Shown: positions 23,301 to 31,799 of the stretch, in pieces
Position numbering within the stretch: position 1 is the stretch's first letter
Layout: the number at the start of each line of letters is the position of its first letter
Origin: Nemertoderma westbladi
Taxonomy: Eukaryota; Animalia; Xenacoelomorpha
Assembly: GCA_032718475.1 (NCBI GenBank)
Contig: JAUCBJ010004109.1
Location: forward strand, 1-64,000
Direction of reading: 5' to 3'
Length of the DNA: 64,000 nucleotides
Position numbers and translations under genes: made by a program
Notes under the pieces: model-generated
What the model saw: only the letters and a program-made list of their open reading frames with translations
Told to the model about the DNA's origin: nothing
The model's database searches: none

Positions 23301-24210
23301 TATTCAAGCGCAGATGCGTTGGTTACCATTTAAAGCGGGATATGGGTTTTGGGCGGTAGACCCATCGCATGTTGCGTACGAGCCATATCTTCAATCGCTA
23401 CCACAATATCAGGAGCTCATCCTAACTGCTCAAGACCTTCCACAGAACACTGGAGTTATCGTAGTCCGAGAATACTTCAGACAATTGAACATGGACAATA
23501 AGTACACATGGAACTTCGTTGCTATTTGCGATCGCATCACGAAGGGTGTATTTACGGAGACTAGAAAAGTGGTACGCGCGCGAGGTGATTGGAGGATGGC
23601 GGCTATACAATACCGCAACGAATTCTTGTTGACTCATGTGCCAGTGGGTTCATTGACCGCCGAGAGGATACAGGAACAAAGGATCGCAGCGACCACAGCG
23701 ACGACCGCTGGAGCTCAAGGCTCGCGGAAAGAACCAGGAGGAGGGGTCCAAGACAAGCGTCAAGTCAAGGACGACCACTACCACTCCATTATAGAAGCTC
23801 AACGGTTGCAGCGCAAGGCGCAGGGGGCGTCTGAGAAAGCGCGTGTGCAACTGCAGAAGGAAGAGTTGGCGGAAGCGACCACGGGAGCGCGACAATTGGG
23901 ACGAGGCCGAGGGAGAAGTTCGAGCCGAGAATCTGTCGGGGCTCAGGGAACGTCGTCGTCGGTTCCGGGGAGTGACGCCTCACGGACGCCGTCAACGGAG
24001 TCGACTAGAGGTAGATTAGTGTATCTTGGGAAGGGGACGAAAGAGAGGAGCGAGCCCATAGAACCCAGGAGCGGGTCGATAATACATTATGGCACAGGGC
24101 GACAGACTCTAGATATATACATCATCGTCGCTCTGATGTATATTGTAGCATTTGAAAATTTTCGACTAGACTCGTATACACTAGTTGAGTTATTTGAATT
24201 TATATTATGA
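20374..24210 (+). CDS. Accessory ORF3 (1278 aa): DEDDy 3'-5' exonuclease-like domain plus three CCHC zinc knuckles
   Basis: ExoI VMFYDNEG (~21814-21837), CIQIRAADGVTHVF, ExoII LPKKVREAILNQDYVKVGSGAQSDL, FVDT, ExoIII-like W..APPRASLQYYLVLE (to ~22452). Knuckles CKLCGSTRHNLKSC, CRWCNETNHSFHTC, CGYCGVKGHRSARC (23041-23214). Intact ORF inside the LTRs. Confidence 0.8.
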   Translation: MERDIRAQPRRGFTAREEAELPFARPGCKDSNIYYHGRSVMELNGKYKPSYDKELRRERMRALGDRMEVLRREYRTRYPYDFALDVCDISADPDEEIARLYHMNMYLRHEEPLPAVRDQFDGMHLYRRTRGEDQETPKVFGVYKLFYKCGECMNKQDVAIPDRLDEQHPEPILTRCPAHQFLRYNEGGYPMSNPMISIDFSGKRPPRPITPTVTTLDPYTEIKPCSTPSLIETAAAISLYRAYKDLEARREAARDSGTKPAGLELSSPWTAFTSPHRVRSLTPEHQDDIDALRQEERAAKAKELFENRIAEYNKTADRHQEETRRVTGFVPQVVSQPGPVYYSDGTEPAILVDHPESREAIRFLPMVRMADHWNVDCLREVLCAKFLRDVPMQITDYDTLDKIGAPGKESKLFGWLDKYIKVWVAVATFPDDEEVDQTWLRRKGSYTRYDDHKAIERMWTPSDEIQRQWRKTEESLQDWRVMFYDNEGGSHQECLTSKCIQIRAADGVTHVFMRMRADRERPEPIITTQYRKGKDPREPILEVCRRGGMHGAERIDARMLPKKVREAILNQDYVKVGSGAQSDLESDFNAMTDLEDRLPRPFVDTKLLLLWAQDIGIYREYPNSAKTGMGFIAHLLYNWDFKLKTQKKYEEAYGEYNTPPGAEFKSHFKRQALVYWNICAPPRASLQYYLVLESNTVTCLLADIVARVLKRHPLVFGGDQYVRSKRGIQSDVMKRFLTPFFNQSLENTSMVRRGLAIFEGVYRQNIGDLGDRPSMEYPTPEALEKWFGNQTRGFGTPFHSEADRPVKEGWPETLVEVFGVDLPVEKTYPKRTREEILEIEDKGEDVYFVPDRQPLTGEDDIVLDIGKEGSAKPIGDLIYERAWFPQARRCKLCGSTRHNLKSCDAVIEAAHKVCRWCNETNHSFHTCTVFISQCGYCGVKGHRSARCQLRDDSFQNHSANLLREMLDKWESVADYHIQAQMRWLPFKAGYGFWAVDPSHVAYEPYLQSLPQYQELILTAQDLPQNTGVIVVREYFRQLNMDNKYTWNFVAICDRITKGVFTETRKVVRARGDWRMAAIQYRNEFLLTHVPVGSLTAERIQEQRIAATTATTAGAQGSRKEPGGGVQDKRQVKDDHYHSIIEAQRLQRKAQGASEKARVQLQKEELAEATTGARQLGRGRGRSSSRESVGAQGTSSSVPGSDASRTPSTESTRGRLVYLGKGTKERSEPIEPRSGSIIHYGTGRQTLDIYIIVALMYIVAFENFRLDSYTLVELFEFIL

Positions 24211-24616
24211 AAGAGGCGAAGGAAGTGATTGGGGAGACAAACCTGCGGGTTTGGCTTACTCCTTTCACTTGCCCTAGCAAAATTTTATATTTGATTTTGT
24301 ATGTAGTAATCATTATGTAGTAAGAATGAACGAGAAACAATATTTTGTAAATTTAATTTGTATGTAATAATCGTTAAACAGTGAGAGAGATAATATTTTG
24401 TAAATTTAATTTGTATGTAATAATCGTTAAACAGTGAGAGAGATAATATTTTGTAAACTTAATTTGTATGTAATTCATTATGCAATATCTATGGCAATAT
24501 TTGTAAATAGTAGAATTATTATGTTATTTAGATTGGTTGGAAGAAATTTATTTTGTTTTGTATACATCACCTTATACTCTTCTACAATTGGAGGGAAACA
24601 TTATATGATTTCCCTT

Positions 24617-24623
24617 GGAGCGG
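24617..24623 (+). promoter_or_regulatory. Short polypurine-tract-like motif before the 3' LTR
   Basis: GGAGCGG directly abuts the TG of the 3' LTR and is preceded by a GAGGGAAA...TTTCCCTT hairpin. Confidence 0.55.
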
Positions 24624-26801
24624 TGTTACGGTATATGGCGCTGTATCCACAGTATTAGTCCATTATGCAGTATGCAGTATTAGTCCATTATGCAGTATGC
24701 AGTATTAGTCCGTTATACTGTACGTAATATTAGTCCGTTGTGCAGTATAATTATTTAGATAAGGCGCAGTGTGGTGACATTTAGGTAAGGAAGTTAAAAC
24801 GCCCATATATTTTGCATCCATTCATTTTGTATAGTATGTAGCCCTACCTACGTAATTTTGTATTAGGATATATGTAGATAGTTCCAGGGTAGCGAGTTTA
24901 CTCGGACCCTGGATTTTGTGCTTGCTGATATTAGTTTGATAGGGCTAGCATATAGGGACGCTGTCCTGGCCATTCAGCAGCCAGAGACGTGATCCATTAC
25001 CATATATGGTAATAATTTGAGGGCATAGGGCTACAATCCGGTCTCCTTATTGGATTAACTGCTTCCAGGTTGGTTTAATGCTAGCATGGACTGGAGAGCC
25101 AATGGGAGAGCGATTGAGTCACCTTATTGCATCACCCCATCCGGATCACCTATAAATTGGCGGTGTGCCGGTAGGGCCTTTGTTGTTCATATGTTCATGC
25201 CTTATCACATGACACACCCTTGTTACAATTTACTTGCTGAGCTGTCTCTAATTTCGTATTAGGATATCGTATTTTCTGCAATTTGCTAATTTTGATTAAT
25301 TTCTTGGAATGATTTGCTAGTGCGATTACTTTGCTTGTGTTTCTCAATAATTCCTTCGATTACTGCTAATTACAATTGAACTATGATTTCTACCTTTGAT
25401 TAATGGTTCTATGTGATTCTTTTCTGCGCAATAATCCCAAGGGATTCCTGAGACTGTCAGACTTTGTGATTTGCATGCGCCGCTACGGTAGCTATTAGCA
25501 TCATGGAGGGCTAAGGTGCCAGTGGGCGGTGGGCGCATCGGGGGGTTGAGCGACTAGGAGAGAGCGGAGGATTCAAAGCGGGCAACGCTGGCCAGGGTCA
25601 CCGTTGCGGGCGGGTATCTTGCACTGCGGCACGCAGACCGATCGCCGGTACAGTATCTAGGGGGCTGATGATCCAGGTTTTGTCTCTATTTAGTATTAGG
25701 GGGGCAGGAATTGGGTTAGTTAGGAATCCTAGATGTACCCGGGAGAGGCCTGCGCGTATTATAACGTTGAGTGTGGAGTACGAGTAGTGAATTGCACAAT
25801 TGTAAACTGTGATTTCTAACGCTGATTGGTGTGTTATTGAAGTGTGCCTAAGATTACGAATGCTTAGATAGGCGCTCTTTTTCCTTTGATTGATTTCTAT
25901 TTCTTAGTTACAATAATTAGTTATTGATTAGGTCAAAGTAATACGGCAATTTAGGCTATTACTAGCGAAACCTGTTGCGTGATAAATTAGAATTACGTAT
26001 TCTGGAACTCTTAGTAATTAGTACGCTGTTAAATATTTGTGACTGTAATTAATTAGTAAAAATTAAGAATTAGTACGCAGCATAGCGGAGAGTAGCTAAG
26101 GTAATAATTAGTGTACTGTAAACTATTCACGCTGAGCGGTTATTTGCATTAGCGGACAATCAGCTAGAACGCACTATTCGGTACGCACGATATGCTAGTA
26201 ATTTTGCTGGCCTAAAGCCAGTCGCGGGCAGTTTTAGACTCGGAGTGGTATTATCCACGTAGAAACAGATACTGTACCATTTTGATATTTTAAATATTCT
26301 CGCATTCACACATTACGTTAGGGAACCTCCAGTATTCGCGATTAGAAAGACGTAGGTAATAGCGTGCTTTAATAGTGATAAAATTAGGCGTAAGAATACT
26401 CTGAGTGCAAGGCCTCTCGCACTCGTCTTAAGTAAGCTTAGGGAGCCGACTCGGGTTTATTGTTTTGGTTATTCCCGCGTGGCTCATAGATTCGAACAGT
26501 TAGCTCTCTATCGAGCGATCGGTAGAGAAAGGAACAAGCGATTTTGCAGGAGTTGTGTAAAATTAGTAAAATATATTAGTGGACGGCAGATTAGCGCCAT
26601 CTAACGGTAAGTAGCGGTTTTGTATTTAGCAACCCTTACAATTTAGTAATAGCACGCTCCTGATCCCCTTTACTTAACAGTAGAGCAGTCTTTGTGTCTT
26701 ATTGGATAGGCGAGAGCTTATTAGGTTGGCAGAAGGATATTAACGGGTATTGGTCTGTTCAACAGTTCTGCTGTTAGTATAGAGGTCGCGGTTGTTTATC
26801 A
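24624..26801 (+). repeat. 3' LTR (2178 bp)
   Basis: Near-identical to the 5' LTR and followed by TSD CTAGT. Confidence 0.97.
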
Positions 26802-29800
26802 CTAGTTTATATCTGAAACATATCGAGATGAAAAATAGAAACAAAATTTATAATTTATTTTTCCTACTTTTTGTTTTTGATCGTGGAAGGAAAATCGGCA
26901 TATAAGTAGAAGAAGGAGACCCCAGAATAGGATAACCCCGGCCCATATTCGGTAGACGACCGTGGTACCGAGAAAGTCGAATAGAACGCCATTGATTATG
27001 GATCCTAGACCAAGTCCAAGGCCGGTGTGAATATTGTTGACCAATCCTATACTAAGTCGATCCAGACCTGTAAAAAAATTATTATCACAACAAGAATTCT
27101 AATGAAACGAAATCAGCAAGTAATTTAAAACAAAAATATATTGGAATAGGTTACTTTATCGAACATTAACCTCGCATATTATACCATCCTTCCGTTTTTC
27201 TTCCAAACACTTTGTTTCCATAACAACATAACATTAGCGAATGCTGAAACTGAAGAACGTGCACCCACAATCACTCAACCCAGTTGTAAGGTACAATTCT
27301 TCTACTAGTAGCCCACTCAGTAAATCTATCACGCTGTAATTCCTTCTATTCACACTTATAACTTATATGTTAGTCCGACTTCTCTATTTCTATAGGCCTA
27401 TTACATTCTGTAATCAATAACTAGAGGAAGTTACCCATGTGTTACCGTGACACGCCTAAAACCTACCCTAACAACCCAAGGTCATTCTCCATAGTCATAA
27501 TCTCATAAGAATTTAAAAATCCATATTAAAAACAATAATTGAGAACAAAGCAAGGGCATGATGTACAATGATGATGATGATACTCACTCATATACCGGGT
27601 AGATTCATATACACACTCCAAACTACAATGTTATTCACTGGTTATAATCCCACACACTCAGCATAATAAGCCGCGATAATTGTCGTATTATATAAGGCTT
27701 TTAAATAGCGAGTCAAGTGTGGAGAAAATCATCAATGTTCCTCGGCCAGGAAATCGTTGTCCTCTCATCGTATTTACTTATTTAATGATTGAATGTGATT
27801 ACACGATGAATATTGCTTGAAAGATAAGCTACTATGTCACATATAATGTAAACAATAAGGTCATGACAAATAATTAAATGATAAGCATGTCCCTTTGGGG
27901 CAGCATCGTGCTTGATACTGTATGACAAATTATTTAGGATATCCATGGATGTCAAGGAAATAAGATGTTCATGTATCAGAAGTACTGGAGTTTCCTCTGG
28001 GGAGTATAGTTTTGGGGGGACCGCACTTGAAATAAGTCGTCAGAATTCGTGCGTAATCACCGGTCTAACGGCCAATGAAAACGTTACTTTACTTTACTTT
28101 TACTTTGTGCATTGAGAATAAATATAAACCTCATGCACCACAGCACACAAGCATACTTACTGAATATACAGTTATATCATAAGAATCACATACCTGGAGG
28201 TGCTGTGTTTTCTATGTGGTGCGCCACAACAACCCATAAAGCGCAACTTCCGGCAACATTGAGTATTTGCACCGGCACCACGGCCCAGGAATACCACAGC
28301 AAACTGTAGTACACCAACCGTAGAAATGTTGTTAAACAATAAACTATAACTACACCGAGCGGAGTCAATTTCTTTAACAATACTGAGGCTGCGAAAAGTG
28401 TGACAACCTCTGACATTGTGCCAGTCGCAATGGAAACGCCATTAACCAAATCGGAACCTTCCAGATCCTGAACAAGCCAATATAAGTAATTCAACACGGC
28501 GCTTAGAATGAAACCATCGAATATAATAGTGGCGATATACAGAATTGAAAGCGGTTCTTTGGGTAGAAGTCGTATGGCTTTGATGAGTTTCGGTTTATGT
28601 TTGTATTTGCTGGGTGGAGGGGAGGGGTAAAAGATACCCATGATAAAGGCCAAACTAGCGAAGGTGCAGTATAGGTAGAGGTGGATGGTGTAATGTGAGA
28701 TATCGAATGATAGATGGCATGGCGTCACAGTGATTATATAAGAGGACAACATGGATCCAATTATGAAACCTAATTTGCAGTAATACTTGTGGATATTAAA
28801 CTTTTCAATTTCGTCCAAGTTATCAATGTAGATATATAGCGATTCCGAAGCAACCGTATCTATAGGAGAAGATAGTACTTCACCAACAATAAAAATACTA
28901 ATTATGATAACAAACGACTTATTGCTAAGTTGGTTCATACTTTCGGCCAAATTGTTAACACCTCCAGTCCAACCAACATTAGTTTTAATCCATCTAGCTT
29001 TAATATCTATTCCTCGCGCAAACCTTTTAAAGTAATTATCTGGTGTAGAATCACTATCATTGTCAGTAGTTGATACGTTATCATTAGCTAAATTTTGCAT
29101 TTTCTCTATTACACCTTCCAAAATTCCATGAGTTTTTTCTAAATCTTCTTCAAAGGTATCATAAGAAGCTAAAGGTGTTGTAGAAGGACTTACGATTGAA
29201 ATGTTGTTGAAAAGATGCCCATTCGTTCCATTGCTTCCATTGCTTCCATTGCTTCTATTGCTTCCATTGCTTCCATTGTAAATCTCTAATGTTGAAGTTG
29301 TAAATGTCGCTGTCGTTCTATTTAGACTTGGTTGCGTAGCATTTAATTCTTGCGGTAAATGCAAATGATTTGTATGATTATCAGATGCAATAAAGGTTTC
29401 GTTACTTTCTACAAAGTTATTATGATCAGATAAAACAGTATCTGAGCCGGTGTTCGAATCTGTTTGACAGTACATTAGCTGATGGTCAGACCGAGTTGTG
29501 GGTACTAAGGTGAGTCCCAGGTACATCGAGACAGTGGAAAATAAACTGATCATGAGGAGCAGTTTCAGTTTGTCGTGGATCAGAGCTTGGCGACATAGAA
29601 GAGGTGACGCAATGGATGACACTATAGCCTAGAACATAACAAAAACATGGCCAAACAAATATAAGTTTCTTAAGATATCAAAAAAAATTAAAATTCAGTT
29701 TATAATGTTCTCAAAATTAATGTAAATATAATTTGTATTAAAACATGGCATAGACGTAATATAAATTAAAATTATGTCATCAAAACTCTAAACTGGCAAA

Positions 29801-30222
29801 AACTGAAATCCTTTCAAGGGGAGAAACGACTCAAATTTCAGGATTACGTGCAAATATGAAACTATAACCTGTGCTTTTTTACCGTTTATTGTTTTGGTTA
29901 GAATATCTAGCTTGACATTGGAACCTGTTCCTTTCACAAAATTAATAATTAATATTGTTGATTCGACATAGGGAAATAAATGCCGTCAATAGTCCCCTGT
30001 ATCAATGGTCCTCTAATATAAATGATGATGTCAAAACTCACCTGTATCCCCACAATAATACCAGTTTCCGCCGCTGTGAACCCAACATGTCTCAAGTAAA
30101 GAGTCAGAAACGGGAAGAGACATCCTTTAGCTACCCAGAGTAGGAAATGGAAACCGTTAGCAATCAGTAAGGCTCTCTTCAGGTCGTATTGTTCGAAAGA
30201 TCTGCTCGTTTGTGTGACTTTA
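26802..30222 (-). CDS. MFSD6L: MFSD6-like major facilitator superfamily protein; exons 30222-30042, 29628-28194, 27067-(26802 or a donor near 26868); start exon not found
   Basis: YDLKRALLIANGFHFL...FPFLTLYLRHVG resembles the MFSD6L N-terminus. GT-AG junctions join in frame (GIQ|AIVSS and APPG|LDRLSIGLVNNIHTGLGLGLGS). Multiple transmembrane segments. Confidence 0.8.
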
Positions 30223-30269
30223 CTGCAATATAAAATATGGGTTTTATTCAACCCATTGTTGTGGGAATG

Positions 30270-30910
30270 TCTCTTTGTGGACAAAGATTGTCCCTCAGGA
30301 AAAGAATACAAATAAGTTGGTCCCTGCCCCAAAGAACGGCAACCTAACAAGCCGTGGATCATTTCGTGGAATCTCGTTGATCTCGATTGCTGCAAACCTA
30401 TGCAATAGAATTCTTGAAAGAATTGACAGCCCTCAAGAAATGTCACCTCAAGGTTCGATTATTTAGGGCAGCAGTAGTACCAGTACTCTCATGGGAGTAC
30501 ATGATGGGCTCTAACTGCAGAGGATACCAAATCGCTGAGCCGCTAGCTGAATGGTTAGAGCGTGAGACATCCAATCCGTAGGTCACCAGTTCGATCCCGC
30601 CAGAACGTCATTGCCATCTTTGCAAAGCTGTAACCAACAAAAGTTATAAAATCTTAACAAGAATGCTACGCCGGGTTCACTGTGTGAAGTACAATAAACT
30701 CATCTCCAACCAGACACTATACAACATTGGAGATGTTTCATTAGTCTTCCCTTATTTGACACTTGAAGGAAGCTGCCTCTGCTTTGCAGGACATTGCTTT
30801 CGCCTTGAGGACCAGCGGTGCATAATCTTGTGCTTTGGCAGCCTCATGGAGTGAATAAACATGGTGAACGGACCATGACTTTCATGAGACGCATCTTAAA
30901 GGACACTGGA
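30270..30910 (+). mobile_element. Degenerate, internally deleted RTE-clade LINE fragment
   Basis: NKLVPAPKNGNL..GSFRGISLISIAA, LKVRLFRAAVVPVL and MLRRVHCVKYN...FAGHCFR are near-identical to the RTE ORF at 35756-37366. Confidence 0.85.
30537..30655 (+). mobile_element. tRNA-derived SINE or tRNA pseudogene nested in the RTE fragment
   Basis: A box TAGCTGAATGG and B box GTTCGATCC at tRNA spacing; acceptor and anticodon stems do not close. Confidence 0.55.
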
Positions 30911-31089
30911 AACTGCATATTACCATATCGATTACTATATATTTTATTTTAGCAGGAGAAATAAATCATTGTCCATAGGGTTAAACTTTCTTTAATATCT
31001 ACTAAATAACCCGTTTATCAACAAGAGTTTTTTCCATTTTTATTTATTATAAATAATAATAGTTTGGAAAAAAATAATTAAACCGCACG

Positions 31090-31400
31090 ATGAACTGGAG
31101 CTCCGACAATTCGCGCCCTAGCGGCAGACGGAGGATCTGTAAAAGTCTGTCTGTGTGTAGAAATTCTAATTAAGCAATGCTAGTAGGTTACTACTACCAA
31201 ATTTCAGATGAATCTGATGGTTGGTTCTATAATTCAACTACTTTTACGTTCCTGTCAATTCGCCACCTAGCGGCAGATAGAGGAACTAATAATCTGTCTG
31301 TGTGTAGAATTTCTAAACTTTTGATAGACTACATGTGTACAAAGTTTGGTTCCATTTCATCCATTATTGAACGACTTAGGCGTTCAAACATCCCTGCCTG
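31090..31400 (-). repeat. Fragment of the same repeat family as 48038-49313
   Basis: Two TTCG...CCTAGCGGCAGA units, the reverse complement of the TCTGCCGCTAGAGGGCGAA unit motif. Confidence 0.5.
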
Positions 31401-31495
31401 CCACAAACACAGCCAGCCAGCCTCACACTGCAGGAACTCGAGCAGATCTCCAGTGATTATTAAAATACTCCTGACAAAAGCCACCACCTCTTTCG

Positions 31496-31790
31496 GCTGG
31501 GCGCAGTGGCGAGCGCCTGTAATCCGAGCGACTTGGAGGCCGGGATTGGAGAACCGCTTGAGTTTGGGGCCCCTATCGGGTTCTGTGCTATGTCGATCGA
31601 GCGTCCGTGCTAAGCTCGGCGTCAATATGGTTGGCCTGTCGGAGGGCGGGCTGACCAGGTTGTCTAAGGAGGAGTGAACCGGCCCAGGGCGGTGACGCAG
31701 CAGGCAAAAGCCCCCACGTTGTGCAGTAGCGGGATAGCGCTTGTGAATAGGCAGGTTCGGTAGCCCAGGCAATAGAGTGGGACGCAATCC
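31496..31790 (+). ncRNA. RN7SL: 7SL signal recognition particle RNA (metazoan type)
   Basis: Alu-domain start GCTGGGCGCAGTGGCGAGCGCCTGTAATCC; helix 6 GGAG loop; helix 8 CCAGGGCG-GTGA-CGCAGCAGG; GGGATAGCGCTTGTGAATAG; ~295 nt long; AT-rich box TTATTAAAA about 35 nt upstream. Confidence 0.95.
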
Positions 31791-31799
31791 TTTTTTTTT
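31791..31799 (+). terminator. Pol III terminator (T9)
   Basis: T-run immediately after the 7SL 3' end. Confidence 0.85.

Larger units (their letters stand above)
6677..26801 (+). mobile_element. Full-length BEL/Pao LTR retrotransposon, 20,125 bp, with an extra ORF
   Basis: Two 2178-bp TG...CA LTRs; 5-bp TSD CTAGT at 6672-6676 and 26802-26806; gag with the BEL triple zinc knuckle; domain order PR-RT-RNaseH-IN. Confidence 0.97.

Noticed and set aside
20374-24210. ORF3 as an envelope protein
   Set aside because: No signal peptide or glycoprotein pattern; it has nuclease and CCHC motifs, and only a short hydrophobic tail.
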